Source: an uncultured Eubacteriales bacterium (lineage in GTDB: Bacteria > Bacillota > Clostridia > Oscillospirales > Acutalibacteraceae). From it: a stretch of DNA of 64,000 nucleotides. The DNA is taken from positions 12,348 to 76,347 of the forward strand of contig CAZUZV010000004.1 in NCBI GenBank assembly GCA_964624385.1, read 5' to 3'. The number at the start of each line of letters is the position of its first letter. Position 1 is the stretch's first letter. Positions 41,634 to 52,000 of the stretch are shown here, in pieces. The notes beneath the pieces are model-generated. The model did no database searches, was not told where the DNA came from, and saw only the letters and a list, made by a program, of their open reading frames with translations. Made by a program: the position numbers and the translations under genes.

Positions 41634-42713
41634 GTGTTAACCATAGAAAACTTTGATATCGGCGCACTCTGGAGCAGTGTATGGCCCTTTTTACTTGCAA
41701 TATTTCTTTTCGGTGTAATTATTGCCATTCACGAATTCGGTCATTTTTCGTTTGCGAAGCTTTTTGATGTTCAGATTAATGAGTTCTCCCTTGGAATGGG
41801 ACCGAAGCTTCTTAAAAAGAAGAAGGGCGAAACAACTTATGCCTTGCGTCTTTTTCCCATTGGTGGCTTTGTAAGTATGGAAGGCGAAGATGAAGATAGT
41901 GATAATCCAAGGGCATTCAATAATAAACCTGCGTGGCAGAGATTTATAATCGTTGCCGCAGGCGCAATACTCAACCTTGTTTTAGGTGTGGTTGTTGTTG
42001 GGATTTGTCTTTCCTGTGGTGACCTTGTGGGCACTCGTCAGATTCATAGCTTTATGGAGGAGTCCGTAAGTGATAAAAGCGGTCTTCAGGCAGGGGACGA
42101 GATTATAAAAATTAATAACACCCACGTATATTCCTCTCAGGGTGTTGCCTTTAATATGGTTCGCGATACTGACAACAAGCTTGATATTACCGTTATTCGT
42201 GATGGTGAAAAGCTTCTCATTGAGGGCGTTGAGTTCAAGCAATTTGAGTTTGAAGGCAGAAAATATATTCAGCAGGATTTCTATATTGTAGGCGAAGAGC
42301 CCACAGTTCTGAATGTTTTGAAAAATGCTGTTCTCGATTCCGCTTCCATTGTGCAGATGGTTCGTTTGAGTCTTGTTGATATGGTAACGGGAAAATACGG
42401 TATGAAGGATGTTTCGGGTCCTATCGGTACAATTTCTGCAATTGCTGAATCCACTGCTGAACCCGAAGAATTCAGTGATAAAATTCTTACAGCGCTCAAT
42501 TTCCTTTCTATGATAACAATCAATGTTGGTGTGTTTAATCTTCTTCCTTTACCTGCTCTTGACGGTGGCAGACTATTCTTTATTTTAATTGAAATGATAA
42601 GAAGAAAACCCATACCTGCAAAAAAAGAAGGCATTGTTCATACTGTGGGACTTGTGCTTTTGCTTATATTAATGGCAATTATTTCAGTTAATGATGTTAT
42701 AAAACAATTTTAG
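41634..42713 (+). CDS. rseP: RIP (site-2) zinc metalloprotease RseP/RasP
   Basis: HEFGH zinc motif in TM1, PDZ segment (GLQAGDEIIKIN), NLLPLPALDGG motif. GTG is the only in-frame start and its RBS is poor. Confidence 0.85.
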   Translation: MLTIENFDIGALWSSVWPFLLAIFLFGVIIAIHEFGHFSFAKLFDVQINEFSLGMGPKLLKKKKGETTYALRLFPIGGFVSMEGEDEDSDNPRAFNNKPAWQRFIIVAAGAILNLVLGVVVVGICLSCGDLVGTRQIHSFMEESVSDKSGLQAGDEIIKINNTHVYSSQGVAFNMVRDTDNKLDITVIRDGEKLLIEGVEFKQFEFEGRKYIQQDFYIVGEEPTVLNVLKNAVLDSASIVQMVRLSLVDMVTGKYGMKDVSGPIGTISAIAESTAEPEEFSDKILTALNFLSMITINVGVFNLLPLPALDGGRLFFILIEMIRRKPIPAKKEGIVHTVGLVLLLILMAIISVNDVIKQF

Positions 42714-42717
42714 TGAG

Positions 42718-43776
42718 TTGAATTTTATGATTAGACGAGTTTCAAGACAAGTTAAGGTTGGTAATGTTAAGATTGGTGGAGATGCACCAATTGCAGTTCA
42801 GTCAATGCTTAATGCCCTTGCAAGTGATTTCGAGGGCAATTTAAAGCAGCTTAAAGCACTTGAAGAAGCAGGATGCGAAATTGTTCGTATGGCAGTGCCC
42901 GATATGGAAGCTGTTAAAGTTCTTGGTAAGCTTAAAGAGCACAGTAATATTCCTCTTGTTGCTGATATCCATTTTGATTATAAGCTTGCTCTTGAAAGTC
43001 TTAATGCAGGAGTGGATAAAATCCGTATTAATCCGGGTAATATTGGCTCTGCGGATAAGGTTTTTGCAGTTGCCGATGCTTGTCAGCTTAAAAATGTACC
43101 TATCAGAATCGGTGTTAACTCAGGCTCGGTTGAAAAGGATTTATTGGAAAAATTCGGCGGTGCAACTCCTGAAGCAATGGTTGAAAGTGCATTCCGCCAT
43201 GTTAAGCTTTTAGAGGATTGCGATTTCTATAACACAGTTATTTCAATTAAATCCTCCGATGTTGGTAATATGGTTGAAGCGTATTCTCTCGTTGCCGATA
43301 GATGCGATTATCCATTGCATTTAGGTGTCACAGAGGCAGGAACAGAGCGCAGTTCACTTATTAAATCTTCTATCGGTATCGGTTCACTCCTTCTTAAAGG
43401 TATCGGTGACACCGTCAGAGTTTCCATTACTGATGACCCTGTTAAAGAAATATATGCCGCAAAGGATATCCTTAAAGCAGTTAATGTAAGAGTTGAAACA
43501 CCTCAGATAGTTTCCTGTCCTACTTGCGGACGAACAAAAATTGACCTTGTTTCCCTTGCAAATCAAGTGGAAAATGCGGTCAGAGATATTAAAAAGCCTA
43601 TTAAAATTGCCGTTATGGGTTGCGTAGTTAACGGACCCGGTGAGGCTAAAGAAGCCGATATCGGCATTGCAGGAGGGGACGGATGCGCCGTTCTCTTCAA
43701 AAAAGGCGAAATTCTTAGAAAGGTTTCAGAAGAAAATGTCCTCAAGGAGCTTTTTGAGGAAATTGATAAAATATGA
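42718..43776 (+). CDS. ispG: 4-hydroxy-3-methylbut-2-enyl diphosphate synthase (flavodoxin)
   Basis: GGDAPIAVQSM, RINPGNIG, Fe-S Cys SCPTCGRT and GCVVNGPGE. The start may be ATG 42727. Confidence 0.9.
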   Translation: MNFMIRRVSRQVKVGNVKIGGDAPIAVQSMLNALASDFEGNLKQLKALEEAGCEIVRMAVPDMEAVKVLGKLKEHSNIPLVADIHFDYKLALESLNAGVDKIRINPGNIGSADKVFAVADACQLKNVPIRIGVNSGSVEKDLLEKFGGATPEAMVESAFRHVKLLEDCDFYNTVISIKSSDVGNMVEAYSLVADRCDYPLHLGVTEAGTERSSLIKSSIGIGSLLLKGIGDTVRVSITDDPVKEIYAAKDILKAVNVRVETPQIVSCPTCGRTKIDLVSLANQVENAVRDIKKPIKIAVMGCVVNGPGEAKEADIGIAGGDGCAVLFKKGEILRKVSEENVLKELFEEIDKI

Positions 43777-46700
43777 TGTATAATTTTTTGGATATTTTCG
43801 GTGAATATATTGCGACGCAGAAATATCGCGATATGCTGAAAAGCACAACCTTCACCGATTTAGAGATAAATAAGGATTTAATGACAATGAAAGCGCTTCT
43901 CCATGTTGATGCTTTCGCTAATATAATGTGCCTGAAGGCAGTTGCAAACGAAATCAAAACGGCACTTCGTTTTAAATCCGTTGAATTTGAATATATTTTA
44001 CCTCCCGAAGCGTTGACGGAAACTTGTTTTCCCATGCTTTTAAAGGTAGTTAAAGTAAATGTTCCTCAGACAAATGGCTTTCTTGACAGTATAGAAACAA
44101 GCTTCGGTGACGGTGTTTTTACTGTTAATTTCTTAAAAAGCGGTAGAGATATTTGTGTCAATGCAGGAGCGGATAAATTTTTAGAGGATTACATAAAAAC
44201 TCATTTTAATCGTTCAATAACTGTTGAATTTATTGGAAAAGATTCAAATGAAGAAGAGTTTTTGAGAAAACAACAGGAGATAGACTCATCTAATAAAACT
44301 CTTCGTCCTACTGCTCAATATGAAAATTTTCCCGATGTTCCTCTGGATTTCAATACTGTTAAGTCAATAATAGGTAACTTTAAATATCAAAAACCAAAAG
44401 CGATGGAAGATGTTACCTATGAGGATGGTCAGGTTTTCGTATGGGGCGATGTTTTCAAATATGAAAAGCGCGAAACCAAGGACGGAAAGCGTTATATAAT
44501 TGAGTTTAATATAACTGATAATACAGGTTCCTTCGGTTGTAAATTTTTTGATACTAAAGAGCAGCTCGAATACCTTGATTCTCAGTTGAAGGAGGGCGTA
44601 ACAGTTCTTGTTCGCGGTGTTCTGGGCTATGATGACTATAAAAAGGATTTTATTATTCGTCCAAGCTGTGTAGCAACAATTCAGAAGCTCGATTTTGTTG
44701 ATGAAGCAGAGGAAAAGCGCGTTGAACTTCATCTTCATACAAATATGTCCGCAATGGATGCTATGAGCAGCGCAAAATCCATTGTTAAACGTGCTATGAA
44801 ATGGGGTCACAAGGCAATTGCCATTACTGACCACGGCTGTGTTCAGGCTTTCCCGGAGGCTTGTAATACCGCAAGAGGCAGTGATTTTAAAATCATTTAC
44901 GGTTGCGAATGCTACCTTGTAAATGATTATAATGAGGACGGCTCTAAGAAAACTCTTGAAGAGATAAAAGCGGACAGATATTACCATTGTATTCTTCTTG
45001 TTAAGAATAAGGTGGGGCTTAAAAATCTTTATAAGCTTGTTTCCGCTTCGAATATTGAGTATTTCCATAAAAAACCAAGAATGCCTAAAAGCCTTATTGA
45101 AGAAAGACGTGAAGGTCTTATTATTGGTAGCGCTTGTGAGGCAGGTGAGCTTTACCGTGCAATTTTAGCAGGGGAAAGTCACGAAAAGCTTCTTGAAATT
45201 GCATCATTCTACGACTATCTTGAAATTCAGCCTACGGGTAACAATGAATTTATGATTTCTAAAAATGATGTTGGTTACGATAAAATCAATTCATACGCCG
45301 ATATCGAAAATATTAATAAAATGATAATCAGTTTGGGCGACGAGTTAGGTAAAAAGACTGTTGCCACAGGTGACGTGCATTTCCTTGACAAGAATGACGC
45401 TAAATACAGAGCAATTCTTCAGGCAGGACAAGGTTTCTCCGATGCAGATAATCAAGCTCCCTTGTATTTAAAAACAACAACTGAAATGCTTGCGGATTTT
45501 TCCTATTTAGGTGAGGAAACCGCAAAAGAGGTTGTTGTTACAAACACAAATTATATTGCAGATATGATTGAGCCGGGCATTTTACCCATTCCTGACGGTA
45601 CATTTAACCCGATTATTCCCGGTGCTGAAGAGGATTTGACGAAGCATTGCTGGGACAGAGCTAAGGAATGGTATGGTGACCCTGTTCCGAAAGTGGTTGC
45701 TGACCGACTTGAAAAGGAGCTTAAATCCATTATTGAAAACGGCTTCGCAGGACTTTATATGATTGCACGTCTTCTTGTTAAGCACTCGGAAGAATGTGGC
45801 TATTATGTAGGTTCCCGAGGCTCAGTTGGTTCTTCCTTTGTTGCTATTATGGCGGGTATTTCCGAGGTTAACCCGTTACAGCCTCACTACCGTTGTACTA
45901 ATTGTAAATATTCCGAGTTTTTCTTGCATAATGAAGTGGGTTCAGGTTTTGACCTTCCCCCGAAGAACTGCCCCGAATGCGGTACACCCTTGTTCCGTGA
46001 CGGTCACGAAATTCCTTTTGAAACCTTCCTTGGCTTCTTCGGTGATAAATCTCCCGATATTGACCTTAACTTTGCAGGTGAATATCAGAGCCAATCCCAC
46101 AGATATACAGAAGAGCTTTTCGGTAAAGCTTATGTTTTCAAAGCAGGTACAATTTCAGGTGTTGCAGAAAAAACCGCTTTTGGCTTTGTTAAAAAATATG
46201 TTGAAGAACGAGGACTTAATATCACAAAAGCGGAAATTGACCGACTTACCTTGGGGTGCACAGGTGTTAAGAGAACAACCGGTCAGCACCCGGGCGGTAT
46301 GGTTGTTGTTCCGAACACCTATGAGGTTGAGGACTTTACACCCGTTCAAAGACCTGCTGATGACGCAACAAAAGATATTATCACAACTCACTTTGACTTT
46401 AACTCAATGCACGATACATTGTTAAAGCTTGACGAGCTGGGTCATGATGTTCCCACTATTTATAAGCATTTAACCGATTTAACGGGCATTGACGTTCTTG
46501 ATATTGATATCAGTGACAGAAAGCTTTACGAATTATGCACTTCACCCGAACCTCTCGGTATTACTGCTGAGGAATTGGGTTGGCCCACGGGTACGCTTTC
46601 CATTCCCGAAATGGGAACGGATTTCACTAAAGGAATGCTTCTTGAAGCGAGACCACAGACCTTTGCCGACCTTATTCAGATTGCAGGTCTTTCCCACGGT

Positions 46701-47489
46701 ACTGCCGTGTGGCTTGGCAATGCGCAGGATTTAATCAGGGACGGTATATGTACCATTTCCGAGGTTATCGGTACTCGTGACAGTATTATGGTTTATCTTC
46801 TTCATAAAGGTCTTGAACCTAAACAGGCTTTTGATATTATGGAAGATGTCCGTAAGAAGAATAAACAGCTCAAGCCCGAGCAGGAAGCACTTATGAGAGA
46901 ACACGATGTTCCCGAATGGTACATTGACTCTTGTAAAAAGATTCAGTATATGTTCCCGAAAGCTCACGCAGCGGCTTATATTATTGCATCTCTTCGTCTT
47001 GCATGGTTCAAGGTTTATAAGCCTCTTGAATATTACTGCGCTTATCTTACTGTTCGTGGCGGTGACGTTGACGCTGAATCTATGTCAAAGGGTAAAGAAG
47101 CTGTTAAAACTCTTCTTCAGATGATTAGAAATAAGGGTAAAGAGGCTTCCAATGCGGAAAAGGATAAAGAAACAATTATGATGATTGTTTACGAAGCTAT
47201 GGTTCGCGGAATTGAGTTTTTACCCATTGATATTTATAAATCAACCGCCCATTCCTATGAGCCCGAGGACGGCAAAATAAGAATGCCTTTCTCTGCTCTT
47301 GCAGGTGTTGGTGATGCGGCGGCGGAGCAGTTAGCAAAAGCAAGGGACGACGGCGGTCCCGCGTTCTCTTCAATTGAAGATTTTGAAGTTCGTTCAGGTG
47401 CGGGTAAATCAACTGTTGCCCTTCTTAAAGCCTGCGGTGCTTTTGGCGATTTGCCCGATAGCGACCAGATATCATTATTTGAGTTTTAA
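43773..47489 (+). CDS. polC: PolC-type DNA polymerase III alpha subunit lacking the inserted 3-prime-5-prime exonuclease domain
   Basis: PolC order: N-domain, OB fold, PHP (ELHLHTNMS, ITDHG), Zn module CTNCKYSEF..CPECG, GVKRTTGQHPGG, FPKAHAAAY. Canonical rseP-ispG-polC locus. 1238 aa. Only ~25 residues lie where the ~190-aa DEDDh domain normally sits. Confidence 0.85.
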   Translation: MMYNFLDIFGEYIATQKYRDMLKSTTFTDLEINKDLMTMKALLHVDAFANIMCLKAVANEIKTALRFKSVEFEYILPPEALTETCFPMLLKVVKVNVPQTNGFLDSIETSFGDGVFTVNFLKSGRDICVNAGADKFLEDYIKTHFNRSITVEFIGKDSNEEEFLRKQQEIDSSNKTLRPTAQYENFPDVPLDFNTVKSIIGNFKYQKPKAMEDVTYEDGQVFVWGDVFKYEKRETKDGKRYIIEFNITDNTGSFGCKFFDTKEQLEYLDSQLKEGVTVLVRGVLGYDDYKKDFIIRPSCVATIQKLDFVDEAEEKRVELHLHTNMSAMDAMSSAKSIVKRAMKWGHKAIAITDHGCVQAFPEACNTARGSDFKIIYGCECYLVNDYNEDGSKKTLEEIKADRYYHCILLVKNKVGLKNLYKLVSASNIEYFHKKPRMPKSLIEERREGLIIGSACEAGELYRAILAGESHEKLLEIASFYDYLEIQPTGNNEFMISKNDVGYDKINSYADIENINKMIISLGDELGKKTVATGDVHFLDKNDAKYRAILQAGQGFSDADNQAPLYLKTTTEMLADFSYLGEETAKEVVVTNTNYIADMIEPGILPIPDGTFNPIIPGAEEDLTKHCWDRAKEWYGDPVPKVVADRLEKELKSIIENGFAGLYMIARLLVKHSEECGYYVGSRGSVGSSFVAIMAGISEVNPLQPHYRCTNCKYSEFFLHNEVGSGFDLPPKNCPECGTPLFRDGHEIPFETFLGFFGDKSPDIDLNFAGEYQSQSHRYTEELFGKAYVFKAGTISGVAEKTAFGFVKKYVEERGLNITKAEIDRLTLGCTGVKRTTGQHPGGMVVVPNTYEVEDFTPVQRPADDATKDIITTHFDFNSMHDTLLKLDELGHDVPTIYKHLTDLTGIDVLDIDISDRKLYELCTSPEPLGITAEELGWPTGTLSIPEMGTDFTKGMLLEARPQTFADLIQIAGLSHGTAVWLGNAQDLIRDGICTISEVIGTRDSIMVYLLHKGLEPKQAFDIMEDVRKKNKQLKPEQEALMREHDVPEWYIDSCKKIQYMFPKAHAAAYIIASLRLAWFKVYKPLEYYCAYLTVRGGDVDAESMSKGKEAVKTLLQMIRNKGKEASNAEKDKETIMMIVYEAMVRGIEFLPIDIYKSTAHSYEPEDGKIRMPFSALAGVGDAAAEQLAKARDDGGPAFSSIEDFEVRSGAGKSTVALLKACGAFGDLPDSDQISLFEF

Positions 47490-47513
47490 TTGAGTTTTAT
47501 AGGAGAATTAACT

Positions 47514-48998
47514 ATGAAAAAATCCAAAATTATAAAAACAGGCTTAGGTGTTGCTGCTTTAGCAGGTGTTGGTGTAAGTATGGTACGCGCCGCAACAACC
47601 TATAAAGCAAAACCGATAGAAAATGCAAATATTGGCGAAGAAGAAAAGGTTGATGTTGAAAGATTTATAAAAAATCTTTCCGATGCAATTAAAATCCCCA
47701 CAATTGCAAACAGGGATGAGTCACTTGTTGATTGGGCTCCTTTTGATGAATTTCACGCTTTTTTGGAGAAATCATATCCGCTTATGCACGAAAAGCTTGA
47801 AAAACAAATAATTTCAACTCGTAGTCTTATGTATCATTGGAAGAGTGAGCATCCCGAGAAAGAGCCTATTGCTCTTCTTTCCCATCAGGATGTTGTGCCC
47901 GTAACTCCCGGTACAGAGGATGACTGGAAATATCCTGCATACAGCGGTGAGGTTGCAGAAGGCTTCCTTTGGGGCAGAGGCGCAATTGATATGAAAAACC
48001 ACCTTATAGGTGTTTGCGAAGCAGTTGAAACTCTTCTTGAAGAGGGCTACGTTCCCGAAAGAGATGTTTATCTTTGCTTCGGTCATAATGAAGAGGTTAT
48101 GGCAGAGGGAGACGCTTGCGGTGCAGACTGTATGATGCGTTGGTTCAAAGAGCGTGGCATTAAGCTTGATAGCGTTCTCGATGAAGGTGGCGCAATCCTT
48201 GAAGCGAAGGTTGACAAAGTTATTGACGGTCACCTTGCAGGCGTTGGTATTGCAGAAAAAGGTCACGTTGACTTTGAAATCTCCGTTAATGCAAAGGGCG
48301 GTCACTCTTCGCAACCACCCAAGCATAGCGCATTAGGTGAGCTTTCAAGAATTGTTTGCAAGCTTGAAAACAATCAGTTTAAGGCAGAGCTTACTCCTCA
48401 GCTTTATTCACTTTTCAATGAAATCGGTAAAAACACAACTTACCCCGTAAGATGCGTTATGAGTAATCTTCCTGTTCTTAAACCTCTTATAACAAAGATT
48501 TGCTCCGAAATTCCTCCTGTTGCTTCAATGATGAGAACAACAACCGCCGTTACTATGGCAAACGGTAGCCCGGCGCCCAATGTTTTACCCCAGAAAGCAA
48601 CTGTTAACGTGAATTTCCGCATTATGCCCGGTCAGACAATCGAAGATGTTGAAAAGCATATAAGAAAATACGCTGGTCCAAAAGCAGAAATTAAGCTTGT
48701 CAGCGGTAAAAATCCTTCAAAGATTTCTCCCACGGATTCAAGAGCTTTCAACGCTATCAGAGAAATCTGCAAGGAAATGGATTCCAAGGCAATTGTTGCA
48801 CCGTATCTTGTTATGGGTGGAACTGATGCCCGTCAGTATGAGGATGTTTGCGATAATATTTATCGTTATTCACCATTCCTTATGGATACTGCTCTTCTTC
48901 TTACTTGCCACGGCACAAATGAAAGAATTCCTGTTTCTTCACTTGAAGACGGTGTTGTATTCTTCAAAAGATACATAAAAGCGCTTACCAAGGATTAA
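47514..48998 (+). CDS. M20-family metallopeptidase, membrane-anchored
   Basis: N-terminal TM helix plus HQDVVPV, GRGAIDMKN, GHNEE and LDEGG motifs. ATG 47514 follows AGGAGA; the ORF-track TTG is at 47490. Confidence 0.8.
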   Translation: MKKSKIIKTGLGVAALAGVGVSMVRAATTYKAKPIENANIGEEEKVDVERFIKNLSDAIKIPTIANRDESLVDWAPFDEFHAFLEKSYPLMHEKLEKQIISTRSLMYHWKSEHPEKEPIALLSHQDVVPVTPGTEDDWKYPAYSGEVAEGFLWGRGAIDMKNHLIGVCEAVETLLEEGYVPERDVYLCFGHNEEVMAEGDACGADCMMRWFKERGIKLDSVLDEGGAILEAKVDKVIDGHLAGVGIAEKGHVDFEISVNAKGGHSSQPPKHSALGELSRIVCKLENNQFKAELTPQLYSLFNEIGKNTTYPVRCVMSNLPVLKPLITKICSEIPPVASMMRTTTAVTMANGSPAPNVLPQKATVNVNFRIMPGQTIEDVEKHIRKYAGPKAEIKLVSGKNPSKISPTDSRAFNAIREICKEMDSKAIVAPYLVMGGTDARQYEDVCDNIYRYSPFLMDTALLLTCHGTNERIPVSSLEDGVVFFKRYIKALTKD

Positions 48999-49049
48999 TT
49001 GCTTTAGTATTTGGTAAAATAACATATATGTTTGATAAAGGAGATTCAT

Positions 49050-52000
49050 ATGGGTGTTTTAAAACTCCTGAAATTAATAAAGAAAAATATTGCCAAGTTT
49101 AAAAGAATGTTTTTCACAAAAGCCCCAAAACGCAAGTTCTTTTATGCATATTTTTATAAATTTTTTAAGATAAAGCCTAATACAATATTGGTTGAGTCCT
49201 TTCACGGCTCAAATATTTCGGACTCCGGTCTTGCATTGGTAAGAGAAATATTAAAATCTTATCCTGATAAATATAAAATTTATTACGGAACGATTGATAA
49301 AAAATTACATCAAAAATTTATTGATGATATAGGTTTAAAGGTTGAACTTGTTGATGTTGAGTCTTTTCGTTATACAAAAATTCTTGCGACAAGCGAATAT
49401 CTTATAAACAATAGTTCATTTCCGGTATACTTTGTGAAACGTGATGAACAGAAATATATTCAAACCTGGCATGGTACTCCTTTGAAAACTCTTGGTAAAG
49501 ATATGAGATTGGGAATTGAATCAATGTATAATGTTCAGCATAACTTTTTACAAGCTGACTATATTACATTCCCTAATGATTTTACAAGAGATGTTATGAT
49601 GGAGTGTTACAATCTTAATCCGCTTTATACAGGTAAGGTAGTGATGGCAGGGTATCCGAGAAACGAGATTTTCTTTGATACTCAAACAGGCAAAGATTTA
49701 AAGAAAAAATTGGGTCTTGAAAATAAAACAGTTTATGGCTATATGCCAACCTGGCGCGGAAAGAGTAATGCAGATATCAGTACCGAGGTTTATGAAAAAA
49801 CTGTTGCAAGCATATTCAAGGAACTTGATAAGAAATTGAACGATGATCAGGTTTTCTTTGTGAACTTCCATCCTATATTGAAAAATGCAATATCATTGGA
49901 TAACTATAAGCATATAAAGCCTTTTCCCCAAGGCGTAGATAACTACTCTTTCTTAAACTGCTGTGATGCCTTGATAACAGACTATTCTTCTGTTTTCTTT
50001 GATTATTCATTAACAAAGAAGCCCATTGTTCTGTTTATGTATGACTATGATGAATATATGCAAGATCGCGGTATGTATATGGATGTGGCGACCTTGCCGT
50101 TCAGGAAGATTTACGATGTTGAGGAGTTTGCAGAAACTCTTGCATCGGAAAGCTTTATGAACGACTCTTATGAGAATACGGAGTATTTTGAAACCTTCTT
50201 TAAATATGATTCGCCCGATATAAGCAAAAAGCTTCTTAGGCTTTTGCTTGAGGGTGATGCGGGAAATCTTCCTGTTACCGACTATTCTCACAATACAGTT
50301 AAACCTTTAAAAGTTCTTCATCCTCAAGTAGTTAAAACCTTTGCAGACCTCAATACAATTTCAAAAGTTGCAGATGATGATACTGTTGTTTATTTTGAAA
50401 GGCGTTGGTTTAAAAAATCAGTTGGACCTACTTTGCACGATTTTTTCAATAACGACTTTAAATATGTTATCGTAACGCGTACCACACCTCGAACATATTT
50501 AGAAGAAATTCTTTGTAAGCTTGGGGTAAAAAGTGCATTGAAGGCTGTTCAGTTGCGCGAAATTAAAAGAACCTTTCCCAATTTAAATATTAACCCTGAA
50601 TTTATTACAGAATACTCTGCTTATGAAAAAGATTGTAATGTTGATATTAATAATATCAGATTTGCGGATATCAAATCTGTCGAAAATCAGGGGAAGGATT
50701 TAAAAGTTGCTTTCAATAACGATGGTTTTGAACTTTTAAATATAGTTTTGCTTAATAAAAAAACTATTACCAATGTAGTTGAAATTCCCGAGGAAAACAG
50801 AAATTCCGATTCTTTTATTGTGCCTTTGCAAAGCTTAATTGAGAAATATGAGGTCTATTACAAGGAGAAGAGAAAGGTCGGGGTTGTTGCCGTTTGTAAA
50901 TCAACAGGGGAAAAATGTGTCCTCTTGTTTTCCAAACAAACGAACGGCACAGATATTGCTCAAAATTACGAGAACCCGATTCTTGAAAACTATAATCTTG
51001 TTAAAGACTATTACAAAGAGAATTTCAAAAGGCTTTTCAATATGGAATCCCAAAGAGCCAAGGAAGTTTCAGAATTATATGATTTAACGCTGACTGATGT
51101 CAGGGTTGCGATTTTGCCTTATTATTTTGAAGATGCGCTTTCGCTCTGCTTTTCTTCTGAAGAGAATTATTTGGAGTTTGCTTATGAAAACGGTTCTGTA
51201 AAAACAGTAAAAACAAAAGGTAATAAATGCAGAATTACCGCAACCTTCCCGATAGACTCTGCTGCAAAGATTACTGATGTTGTTCTTAAATATCGCTCAA
51301 AAGTGGAAGATATTCTGATACCCGTTAATTTTACAACAAAGGTTTTGAAAGATCGGGTTTTATTGAATATTGATATTGATTTTAGCGAAGATATGCCCTT
51401 AAAGCCGATTTATTGGGATTTAAGAGTTGTTGTTGAAAAATACGGAACGAAGCAACTTATTAAGCTGGAGTATAAAAACAAAACACTGCTTAAATATAAA
51501 TTTATTGCCCTAAACTGTGTTTGCAAAATTAACAGTGAAAATCTCATTTTTCCTTATTTGGGCAAAAACGGAGCCTTGTGTTTCTGTTATAAAGAAAACG
51601 GTGAATATGATACCGCATTGGTGAAATTCAAAGAGGTAGTTGTTTTCGGCATTTATTATTTCTTTGGTTCATTCTGGAGAAGAAAAAACATTTGGTTAGT
51701 ATATGAGAAGTTTTCAAACTATGCTCAAGATAATGGTTATTTCTTCTTTAAATACTGTATGGAAAACCTTACAGATGAACAGAAGAAAAACATTTTCTAT
51801 GTTATTGATAAACGCTCACCGGACTATAAGAACGTAAAAAAATACAGTAAAAATGTTATTCAGTTTATGAGTATGAAGCATATGATGTATTGCCTTGCAA
51901 TGCGAATATGCATCGCTTCAGACTCTAAACCCCATCTTTATAAATGGCGTTCCACACCAAGCTTCATTGTTAACAGATTAAACAGAAAGAAAATTCTTTT

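Noticed and set aside
44364-45068. 234-aa minus-strand ORF (and the + strand alternative-frame ORF 45826-46425) inside polC
   Set aside because: Both are embedded in a strongly conserved coding region, have no RBS and give low-complexity translations. They are typical shadow ORFs.
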